Positions 34,715-45,800 of a stretch of 64,000 nucleotides of DNA are shown here, piece after piece; the stretch's first letter is position 1, and the number at the start of each line of letters is the position of its first letter. Made by a program: the position numbers and the translations under genes. The DNA comes from Zygnema circumcarinatum SAG 698-1b (lineage: Eukaryota > Plantae > Zygnematophyceae), in the NCBI GenBank assembly GCA_037447605.1, contig CM074819.1:2345580-2409579 (forward strand), read 5' to 3'. The notes under the pieces are model-generated. The model did not search any database and was not told where the DNA came from. It saw nothing but the letters and a program-made list of their open reading frames with translations.

Positions 34715-37525
34715 ATGGCGGCAGCCCAAGCTGCTGCTTTTGCAGCCATGGATTCGATACCACGCAGCTGTGCAGCGCTTCCTTCCACCTCCTCGTCACT
34801 GAGGCGAGGGCCTTCCTTACTTCATGTTTCTGCCGCCAGGAGGGTGCGAGACTAGGGTCCCTTTCCTCTTTCCCTTTCGCCCACCCCCTTGCTTTAATCT
34901 TCCTTGCCACTTTTTGAGGAACTCTCCTGCTTCTCGCACTCCCTCGTCTTAACTTAGGTTCCCAGCTTTTTCGTTTAATGTGGCTTTCATTCGCTCCCTC
35001 TTCTGGAAAGATGGAAGCGCAGCGTAACACGCAGAACGGCTCTACTGAGGGGAAGGAGTAGGATTAGGGTTTTTAGGCTTCCCGCCTTGCAGGAGCTCGG
35101 GGGGCAAGGACTGCCTCGGCGCTGTCTGCAGCGTGTGTGAAGGAGATGAGTGAGGGGAGGGGTTTATGAGGGGGCCGTGCATAGTGAACTCCTCCTTTCT
35201 GGGAGAAAACGCTGAGACGCTGCGGGTGGCGATACTGTTGCTGCAGGCGCTGCCGTCTTTGAGGATTAAGGCCGCAAACGGAAAATCTGATGAGATTACA
35301 AAGGTCAGTCAAAAGCCATTGGTTTCTTCACTTGCTGCTCCCTCTTATCCCATTACTTATTTCTTCCTCTTTTCTTCTTTTCCCTGCGAGGCACAGGAAG
35401 GTCTCAGAAACGTAAGAAACTCATGCTTTACCAGAAACGCAGAATTTCGGTTGTGTTGGACCTGGGGACAGGCGAGATGTTCTTCGTGTTGGAAAAAGTT
35501 CATGAGGAGTTACGCACTATAGAGCAGGCCATGACGAACAAAAAATGGAAACGATAAATATTTTTTCAGTTTCGGTTCTGTTAATCATTAGAGCACACTG
35601 GACTCCAGAACTGTTTCAAACGAAATGCTTGTCGCGGGCCCGAGTCCGTTAATCAACCAGACCAGATTATTGATGTTTTATGCCTGACAAGCATGGTAGG
35701 ATATAGAGACATATGGAGGCAATTGATGAGTTGATGCACCTTTGATTTCTAGTATGTTTTGCGTAACCCTAATCGTTTTGTTTCCGTACACATATCTTGC
35801 CAAGACCATTTGGGAATGCAGGATACCAGACTGCAACAGGAAAAGGGAGTTGAGACACGGCTCATGTCTGCTGCAGTTGGAATGTTGCCGCTGATGTTGG
35901 CTTTTGTGGAAGCAGAGCTTCCAAGGGCCATCCCTGTGGAGACCTTTTACAGTGATTGGACACTTTCGGAATTAGCATTGAAGTCTTTTTGTAAGTGCAT
36001 TTTGACTTCTCAATCCGCGGTAAATGTTTACTCATCTTGAACATACATCAACTAGGAAAATGTAGAACTGATGCCAATTGGGCAGAGGATGAAGTCAGAG
36101 TCTAACAGAAAAGTGTATACCAGATTTCATTCTGTCTGCTGCTAGTTAATGGCTGAGTATTTGTTTTTTTGATGCAACGGCTTCTTCTGTTGGGGGGAAT
36201 TGATGATGTTCATGTTGTTCAGCAGGGGATGGTCTTTTTTTCCTCAAATATGTAGGCATTATCTGTGAATTTTGTTTGAGTCTTATAACGACCATAATGG
36301 CTGCATGCAGTAGCCTTCACTGTTCAAATTTTCTGTTGGAAGGCACCAATGTCGAAATGATTGACGAAACCATGTGGGGCTTTAATGGAGAAACTGGGCC
36401 AAACGCAACTAGGAATGCTTCAAATGTCCTTTCATTTTCATACAAGAAAGGATACTATGTTTTGGCCTGTCGCCATGGTTTAGCCTGACTTGTCAAATGT
36501 ATGGGGGGCTGTAGATATGATATTTGTTTGTGTATTCTCATGGGGAGCCGTCGTCTTCGCTTCTATGAATGTAAGTCGGCATCCATGAATTGGCTTCTCT
36601 TTTGCACTTTGGTGTGGTAAGTTTGCCAGAAATAGCTGCGGATGCCTGTGCATGTAGCAGCCTCGCTTCGAATCATATGCTTCAAGGCCTCGTGGTGTGT
36701 TTAACCCTACAAACCCTGTAAGTAGCACAGGCATCGATTCCACAGACAGCGGGGCGGGCGGGCGGTTTTGCCGCCGATTCCATCATTCACACTTTGCCAA
36801 AAGCTTAACATACCAATCGCGCAAAACGCAGGCTGTGTGCGAATTGATTGTGCAGTTTTTGACTCGGGTCAAAGGCATGTTGATTCGTGGAAATCTAAGT
36901 TTCTGAGAAGTCGTGAAAAATTGACTGAGACTATAAACCCTAAACGGCCATATGGTGATTGTTGAACGTAGTTTTAGGCTTTTGCATTGGCTCCTGTGCG
37001 TGTATGCTTACAGTTTCAGATAGTGTGCTGCAGGATCCATACTATGAGAGTGATGAATATCGCAATGCTGGAGGAAATGGCACGCAGCATTGGATCTACA
37101 CTAGAGTGAGTCGGCATGGCATGGACATTCCCTATGGACGGGAATTGAAAATTGCGCACTGCCACAATGGGGAGGATTAGTGTGTTACAGGTCATGTTGT
37201 AGGCAGTGTGTTGTTTAGAAGTTTTAAGAATACGTTAGTGCTGAGTGAAGGCCTTGAAGCACACTTTAGGTCCATGTGTTTTGCTCTGATTGGTTTCCGT
37301 GTCTGACCCGTGTTAAAATCTGCAAATTTCATCGCAATTAATCTCCTGGACAAGTGCACACTGCGTTGATTTCCTATTTCCTCGTCATTTGTGCAGGCTG
37401 AGGAAGAGGAACAAGAAGCGCGGGAAGAGCTTTGGAGGGAGGAGCTCCGCAAGGAAATTGAGGATAAACTAGGGGAGGTGAAAGAGTTGGAGAGTGCTGA
37501 AAAAAAGGAAAAAGAGCTTGTTTGA
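34715..37525 (+). CDS. PnsB4: Photosynthetic NDH subcomplex B subunit 4 (NDF6), multi-exon, with transit peptide
   Basis: Ser/Ala-rich N-terminus MAAAQAAAFAAMDSIPRSCAALPSTSSSLRR. Exons encode LPLMLAF...WTLSELALKSF, YMIFVCVFSWGAVVFASMN (~36510-36569), DPYYESDEYRNAGGNGTQHWIYTR and EAREELWREELRKEIEDKLGEVKELE. These match the recalled Arabidopsis PnsB4 motifs DPFYDSEEYRGDGGDGT and ARAELWREELIEEIEQKVGGLRELE. 5' exons are less certain. Confidence 0.85.
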
Positions 37526-39739
37526 AAGCGTGGTCTGCGCTTATGCACGATATCCAGGGGTCCTAGCTGTTTCCCCAAGGAATTGATGCCCTGAGTGACA
37601 TCCGTCTTTATTTCTAGTTGACTCGATTGTTGTGTACCTAATGACTTGCCTTCACAAAGACTATTCCAACGCTGTTACTATTGGATGGCAGCCATCCAAC
37701 TAGGTGCAGAATAGTCAAAATGTGGTTGCAACATATGCTACTTTTGAGCAGGCAGTTTTAATCAAGGGTCGGGATTGGATATGTAAAAAAGGGAACAGCC
37801 TGGACAGTGAGCTATTGGAGAGAAGACTGCTCGATTGTCAGCAGTTGTGATTTGTTCTTGTCGGAAGGGACGTGAAGGATGAACTTGCTGCTTTGCGGCA
37901 CTTTGCCACTTTACATGGGGGCCGGCGTGCAATAAGTTTGCCAATCCTTCCTTTCTGCGGTTGGTGCTGATAGCACCCGGGAGCATAGGCCTCAGCTGGG
38001 CCTCAGGGTTTTGCTGGGGCATGTGACTTCCCTGCAGTTTTTGTGTCTGCTTTGGGTTCTTAGGGTTTTTCAGGGTTTTTAGGGGGTTTGGGGGTGTTCA
38101 GGGGTTTCCTATCCTCTGCCCTCACCCAGTGGACGGCAATGCAAGTGTTTAATCAATCCGGCTAGCTATTTTTACTGATGAGTAAAGGTTCAAGATTCCG
38201 CGAGAACTGGCTGCTGCTGTACGACAGTTACCATCTACCTGTATTCATTATTGCAATTTTCTTACAACACAGCAATAGCGAGAGTTAATTGGGTCACCTT
38301 CATTCGCAAAGTTCAGTAGGCAAAAGAAATGATGGGCTCTGATGTACATCTTCCTCTGTTCCCCTGCGGCCACTGGCTACGCAACAATTTAATCAAGTTG
38401 GCTGCAAAGAATTTGCTTTCAATAGAGATTTAGTTTAGCTCTAAGCCTCCGGGAGGATTGTCCGGTATTTTCCGAATGCTGCTTTGAAAGCTGCGAGTAC
38501 ATTTTAGGAGTAAAATGCAGCCGCATGCAGGCCAGCCAGCCAGCCTGTGTCTGATCTCCAGTTCATGCACTGCACAACTTCCACTAACAAACTTGGTCGA
38601 AAAGAGCAGCATTCCAAAGACAAAAAAAGCACCGGGTGGGCCACTTGACACCCTCCAATTACCGAAAATAAGGAAACTGACTCCGACCTGTCCACTCGAA
38701 CCTTCCGACGAGTACCCTCCTTCCACTTTGCAAAGACTTTGAAAATTTTGCTTGTTAGATAAAATTGAGGCGGCCTCGTTCATTTTTGCAAATTCATTTT
38801 GATTTTCAGGAATAATCAAAAAGCCACTTCTCTGCCAGGAGAAAAACACCTTTCAAAGAAGTTCAAATACTTCTGGATGACCTGGAAACACTGCATGAAT
38901 TTTATGAACGCTCAATAATCCTGAAAAGCAAAACTCCTTGAGTACTGCATGCATTGATGCATTACGGTGAGCAACTTAAAGATAATGTCCTGGAATTAAT
39001 GGGAAGTATTATAGCTTTCAGAAAATCTGGCCCTGCGTGGTTATTGTGTGTGCCAGGATGGAAGACGCTAAGTGACTCAAATCCACGGCCTGCAACGCCC
39101 TCATCCATCATCGCTAACTCCTATACGCTCAGGTCTAAACACTAGTCGACAAACACAGAACTACTTGGGTCAACCCGACATCCTTTTTAACTTGCAGCGA
39201 TGTTGGATCATACACGACATGCAAACACGCGTATCATGCTAGCTATGTTTGCAATTTTCGGCGCAGTGCAATGCAGTCACATAAGCAGGAAGATACATAC
39301 GCGTCAAGTGGCCCACGTATGAAAAAACACTGCAAGAAACTCAAGCGTATCAATCGACTGAGGATTTCTAATCCTCACGCCACTCAAGAAAGCTTGTTAT
39401 AAAGAAAGTTTCTGAAAATTTCGGTCCATCAGGTTATTAGAAGGAACCATTTGAGTTTTCAAGGAGATCAGGTGAGGAATGAGCTAGAGACAAAATAGAG
39501 AGAGAGAGGGCGAGGGGTTCAGGGCTAAGCTCCCGATCATCGTGAATTTATTTTGCGGGTAATTATCGATGAGAGGGCTCCAATTTACGGTCACTTGACG
39601 AGCAGCGACACACCCGCTAGGGCCGCCATTCACTGCTTAACACTTCGATGTCTACTGAATGAATGCACCTCGAAACATCCCAAAATTGACTGAGCATTCT
39701 CTCATTTGTCTCTCTCCCTCTCGCTGTCTGTGAGTGCAC

Positions 39740-40143
39740 TAGGGTTGGGGGCACGGTCCCCCTCCGACCCGTGCCCAGGGGCACGTGCCCCCCCCCCCCT
39801 TGGGGGGGGGGCATGCCCCTTTTTCGTGCCCCGTGACGTGACTGCATTGAGCAATTCAAATCGGCCCAAAAAAGAATATAATATTTTAAAAACGGTACGG
39901 ATGAAGGTACGGAAAGTACAATCGTCACCGGCCCGGGCCCGGTCGTACGAGGTAAGCGTCACGTGACAGGGGGCACGGGGGGGCACGAAATATATGGGGA
40001 AAATTTTTGGAGGCGTGCCCCGGGCACGGACGGTCAAAAATGAGGGGCATGCCGCCCCCCCGGGCATGCCCCCCCCCGGGCATGCCCCCCCCCGGGCATG
40101 CCCCCCCCCCGGGCATGCCCGTGCCCCCGTGCCCCCAACCCTA
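39740..40143. mobile_element. 404-bp hAT-type MITE
   Basis: Perfect TIR TAGGGTTGGGGGCACGG at both ends. Exact 8-bp TSD GAGTGCAC at 39732-39739 and 40144-40151. Subterminal GGGCATGCCC/CGTGCCC repeats. Confidence 0.92.
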
Positions 40144-40404
40144 GAGTGCACCCGCCCCCCCCTGCCTCTGCCACTCTGCCCGAATCCAGATACGCGACCA
40201 CTCGTACCTTCCCAACTCCCCGCGCGCGACCGAGCCAGCGAGCGGTCTGTACGGGCTCCAGCGGGAACAGCATACAGTACAGTACAGTACAGTACAGTAC
40301 AGTATTCCCGCGGCCGGACCGAAGATGCCCGGACTACAGGTCCGTATGTATCGAACGCGTATATTAACAGTATATAATACGCCGTATAATACGTAACGCA
40401 AACT

Positions 40405-40571
40405 TTCATTGAACTCGCGATGGCGAGGCCATCAAATTTACATGGATAAAGGCAAAATGTGGAACCACGAAGGACTGGTCACAAAGGACCGAAACACAAT
40501 AAAACGAAGCTAGGAGCAGAAAACTACGCCTAGGCACAACAACGCAGCCCTAGAAGCAGCCGCGAAGGTCA
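40405..40571 (-). mobile_element. 3' part (UTR) of the RLE-LINE that hosts the nest; continues at 52573
   Basis: Aligns with 5100-5285. Joining 40571 to 52578 restores colinearity with the uninterrupted copy at 5230-5370. Confidence 0.8.
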
Positions 40572-40712
40572 TGTTAGTGTTAGTGTATGATAGTTAGACA
40601 TTGTATGGCACACACTAACTTGTTGTGGTACTCAGTTTGTAGAACATGAGATCTGCTAGGCGTAGTGCTCTTAGATTTAGGAATGTCGGTGCTCTGACTC
40701 AGGTGAGTGCGC

Positions 40713-40722
40713 CNNNNNNNNN
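40713..40722. other. Assembly gap; others at 10991-11000, 53371-53470 and 59795-59804, plus single Ns at 48338-48355
   Basis: Runs of N. Confidence 1.
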
Positions 40723-42848
40723 NCAACCCTCTTGGAAGGTCATCAGGGAAGACATCCCTGAATTCATCCAACAGAGGTTGGATCTGGGATGGAACAGCCG
40801 AGAGCACATCCGTGGATGTGATCTGCCATTCCTGATCTTCGTCATGAACATCCTCAGTGGCTGTCATGACATGCACCATGAACAAGGTGCATCCCTCCTT
40901 AACTGCTTTGGCCAACTGCATAGCTGAGCACAGATAAGGAGTAGCAGGCTGCTTGACAGCAGAGGATGTGGCTCTGCCAGGGTGCAGGGTAAGCCGCCTG
41001 TCACCACTGTGCAGAATGCAATGTGGGACAGAAAAGTCCATTTGTGCCTTGACCATGGTTAACCAAGCACTCCCCAAAATAACATCAGTTCCAGGGGCCA
41101 GTTGTGTTAGAAGACACTTGACTGCCCCGGAGTAGGATTGGAGCTTGATCTTGAGTGTGACGCTACCAGAGATCTGGCCCTTGCGTCCATCCCCGAAAGT
41201 AACACTTTCTGAATGGGGATCTGTGGTCAACCCAAATCTCTGGGTGAACGCAGAACTAACAAAGTTAGCATCTGCCCGATTGCTCAGAAGCTGGCGGGTG
41301 GCCATTTTGTGACGGCAGGGTCGTAACCCGCGATGCTTGGCAAGGTGGAACATAGGTCGCACTATATCGCGAGGTTGAGGGCAGACGTCCTCCACACCAA
41401 TAATGTGAGGCCAACGGCAAGGCGGTGGATCCTTCCATCACAAGTGCACCAGCGTGTGCCCTTTCCTGGCCCCGTGTCACCAACGCCAAGTGGGGGTTTG
41501 CGGGAAGGTCTTGACGCCATGTCTTGAGGAACGGCACATACCTGGCCTGGGATATATGGGAGGTGTTTCCCATGACATACGTACAAAACATCACATGGCG
41601 TGCATGAGAACATCGCCGTAGCCCATGACATTAGCGGATAAAGACATGCCAATCACCATTCATCCACGACATCCGCCAAACCCGAGGAAGAGTCACTACG
41701 ATTGGCGAGGGGAGGAAATGGAAACGAGGGGAGTGCATCACACACAAAAGGAGATGTACACGTTTCCCAAAAGGAGCACGCCAGCAATTTCAGAATATCC
41801 GAGGTTCTAAGAAACAAATGCTCCCTAGACACATGGCCGTCTCCATCCCCTCCCCTAACTAGCATGGCCACCAGCAAGCGACCCACTAGGCTGGCGGTGG
41901 GTTGCAGAATTTCGGCCCCCTTGCCCTTCACATCCTTGGCGTTGAGGAGGGCAATCCGGACTATGTGCCCCTCACTGCGGCAGCGAGTACTTGTTCTCCC
42001 ACATTTGCATCTTCTCCATTTCCTCACGAGGTCAACCTGGCGGCCGTGCGGTGGGTGGGCGAGCTTTGCCATCTTGGCCGGGGCTGAGGGGTCCGCCTTC
42101 CACGACCCTATCCGCGTCCTTACATTTCTGCGAGGGGTAAGGGAAGGGGAGCACATACTTGAGGGGGCGGTGTCAATTTGAATATGGCTGCATCAAAGTA
42201 AATTTCGAGTCGGCCGGGGGTCCCGCGGTTTTGATCCACGTGGGTTAGTTAGGAATTTGCTTCCTTAGGTCAATGGCTTCAAGCCATTCTGAGAGTGGAA
42301 AAAGAACTCAGCTTTGTCGGGCTTGTGAGTGGTGATCGAGGCACCACTTGCGCCAGTCTCGCGGCGCGGCCATTTGCGGTTTGGACCATGTTACGAAACT
42401 TATCCGGGCCTTCCCAAGCGGGATCCAAGGCCCAAAGTGTTTGATAAGTTCATCTCTGAACTTATCCCAATCGTCCCCAATCTCATCCGAGAGGCCCTCA
42501 TACACCCTGTATGCGGCGCCTCGGAGTGCTGGGTAAGCAAAGCTTACCCACTGGAGGGGGGGACAGTTGGTCGCCAGAAGGTAACCCTTCGTTTGACCCA
42601 ACCACTGCTCGATAGAGCAGTCCGTGGCAGGACGTTCAGCCCCAAACGGAAATCGGGGCCACCTTGGCCCGGTCCGTCGGGCATCCCTCCCGTGGAATTC
42701 TTGAGGAGAAGCGATCCGAGGCCCGGGATCTCCCCGCCCCGGCCGAGTACCCCGGCGGGGGTCCCCCCACTTCTTTGGGTGGTTATACCAGTGGGGGTGA
42801 CTCCCCGTGGAAAAGCCAGGGGGTCCGGACTTCTGCCGGCTGCTTTCG

Positions 42849-45800
42849 TGTAACAGCTGAGATCTGCCTCTTCAGCCTACGCGGAATCACACACCAGCAC
42901 TCAGCAAAACAGAGTTCAGATCGGGAGGGATTCAAAGAGAGAGAGAGAGCTTCAGAGGGTCGCGCAGCCCTAGGCAGGGGTGCAACCGAATGCCGGTACG
43001 TTGGTTGGGTGACGACAGTCACCCACGCCCCTTTACGCTTCCCCCGTCGAACCTCCTACCGGCATGGAGGATTGGGCGAGAACATCCAATAGCGCCATGT
43101 GTCCCCTCTCGACCCGAGATGGGTGAGAGGTGTCTAACATCTGAGCAGCTCACCGCATTCAGCCTTGGCCCGCCGCTGCCCAGCGCGCCCGCCGTACATG
43201 GTGTGGATCCCTACAGCCTTGGCCTTGAGTTACCGGCTTGTCGGCTACCGTTCGTACCAGGTACCGTAGTATGCAGACGAGCGGCGAGAACTAAAGATCC
43301 GGGCAGCGGCCCGAATCTATCGCCCAGAGACGGTGTTGGTCCCGTGGTGCAACCAATCCCCAATCACTCCCTTAAGCGAGGAGGGGCCCTTGGAAACAGC
43401 GGGTGTGCAGAGCGCCGCCGTGACTATGTAATTACCCCCGCGTGTAGACGGTCTTAGGTTTCGAACCTAGGACCTCCGTCGTCCTATAGGGTATCCGATG
43501 CTCTAACCGTTAGGTACTGCATTGGATGGAAACATAAAGCCACGCCGGGCTCTAAGTAACCCTTCCCCCTTGGGGTGACTGTAGCGTTTCGCTACATTAC
43601 TCCCCCCCTGTGAGAATGTGAACGCCCTCGTTCACGTGTGTGGGGTAGTAAAGGCAGCTCGTAGTTTCAACGGCACGCGTCGAACTCTACGTGATAACCG
43701 GGAGGGCTCAGCGATAATCCCGGTCAAGTCCCTTTCCGAGTTTAGCGGCGAGGGCGGCTACCGAGAACCCCGTGCGCCACTACGCCCAGCTCTCTGCGGC
43801 ACAAGCCTCCCCAGGTACAAGTTGATGATGAGCTCACGGCGGTGGTTAAGTTGCCCACCGACTCCCATGTGTATGTTCAACCCCATAGCCCAACCACTTC
43901 ACGAGGTATTCGTGACGGGAAGATCGACCCTTTCTCACAAGACGGTGGGCTTGAATGGTTTCAACTTCATACTCAAGTTCACCTTCAAGTTCCACTGGTG
44001 GGGGAGGTGGTTGGATCCTCCCATCGCTACGGTAGACCTTTAACAAACCCACATGAAAGACCGGATGCACGTTCATGTGGGATGGTAAATCCAACACATG
44101 CTTGACATCATTGATTAAGCTTCCGCGACTATAAGGTCCTATGAAGCGGGGCCCGCGGCTTCGTGTTCGCCATAGCTTTGAGTCTCAAGTTAAGCGTGCC
44201 AGCAACACCTCATGCGCCCCTTAGATTGAAGGTGAGTTGGAGTCTACGATGGCGGTCGGCATACTCAAACCTTTTATGCGCTGGCTAGGCGCTAGCGAGT
44301 GCGCGTGCCCTGCGGCGCCTCCGGACATTAGTCGGACAAAAGATCTGACTGCGGGAGGTTGAGTCCCATCAGTCCCTCTCAGCTTCCAAGGATCGGGGTT
44401 TCTGTGGACGCCCATGTTCCACGGATCAGGGGGCTGATCCCTTGGTTGCAGGGGATTTAGAGGATGCTGGCCAAAGTTCAAGAAGAAAGGGGTGGTACCA
44501 ATGGACTCCTGGTAAGCATTATTGATGGCATACTCAGCCCAGCGGGGCGATTCGTCCCACCCATCGGGTAGGTCCCACATAATGCGAGGAGGGGTAATCC
44601 CTCGAGGATCTGTTCACCCGTTCCGTCACGGCCATCGGTTTGCCCGGGTGGAAATTTACATCCACTCAACGCTGCCCGGGGTCCCAACGATTTTGAGCAC
44701 TTCCAGATCCGAATGGCGGTGAATGCGTGGATCCGCGGTCGGAACTACAATTCACGGTAGAAGACCATGTTCAGCTCCACACTTTGTAACGCTACAACCG
44801 TATTGTGCAATCTCGTCGGCTGGCCGGTCTTAGTTGGTTTGTCACCATCTTCTTCGACACGTCGACAAAGGCGAAGGATGGAGTCGTAATGCCCCGAGGT
44901 GTCACCGGAAGATCGTGATCAAGTCAGCACTACAACGTCCCATTTCCGAAATGGAGGTGTGAGGGGTTGCAGCTGGCCAGGGATCCTGCCAGTGCGGGGT
45001 TTGTTTCGTTGACAAGTTGGACAAGCGAGTACATACGCTTTCACATCCCTCGAGAGTCCAGGCCACCAGAACTCTCGGAGCAGTGCCTCACGGGTTTTGG
45101 CAACTCCCATGTGACCTCGGTACGGGAGGATCATGTAGCTCACCCAGAATGAGCTGCCGTACAGTCCCGGCCTTGGGCACGACCAACTGCTGGCCGTGGT
45201 ACCAGAATCCGTCCTTAGACACCACTTTGTCCTTATAGCCATTACCTTGGCCATCCAGGAACAAAGGATCACCGATGCCACCCTCACGGATCATCACATG
45301 CGAGGTCGGCGAGAGGCGGAGGAGAAGGAGTTGGCCTCCGTCAGCAGTGGGAGGATCTATGACAAAGCTTTATCTTGGAGGCGGAGGGCTTCGGGGTTGG
45401 CTTGACCCCTCACCTCTGTCATCGTTCCACCAACACTCAGTGGCAGGCACCATCGGGCAGATGCGGCTGCGGTGGAATTACCGCTACGTGAAGCCCTTAG
45501 GGCGATAAACCCGTGGCGGTCAGAGCCCAGCAGGAGAACTTCCGAGACCCGGCGTGCACACCCTAGAGCCGAGGGGAGTACATTGGGTTGAGAGCGTCAG
45601 CCCAGCCCGGTGGTCCGGTGAGCCCATGCGTGACCATCCTTAAGCCCCTCTAAAATGGCGCATGTGTCCTCGGGGGCGTGGACCCATGGCCGGGTTCTTA
45701 CGTTGCGATTTAGCGAGGAATGAAGTTTGGCGGGGTTCATTTTCGGCTTTCATGCGGCTGGGTTGGCCATCTTGAGCAAGGCCGGCACCCAAGGCGATCG

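Noticed and set aside
37030-37525. Ycf3-interacting protein as the identity of this gene
   Set aside because: The upstream WGAVVF transmembrane exon and the DPYYESDEY...ELWREEL spacing fit PnsB4/NDF6.
38040-38100. Telomerase RNA template candidate (also 55300-55420)
   Set aside because: These are multiple degenerate repeats rather than one ~1.5-unit template, and no USE plus TATA promoter was found at suitable spacing.
39020-39110. Box C/D snoRNA on the minus strand
   Set aside because: The C box is imperfect (ATGATGG), there is no terminal stem, and no recognisable guide.
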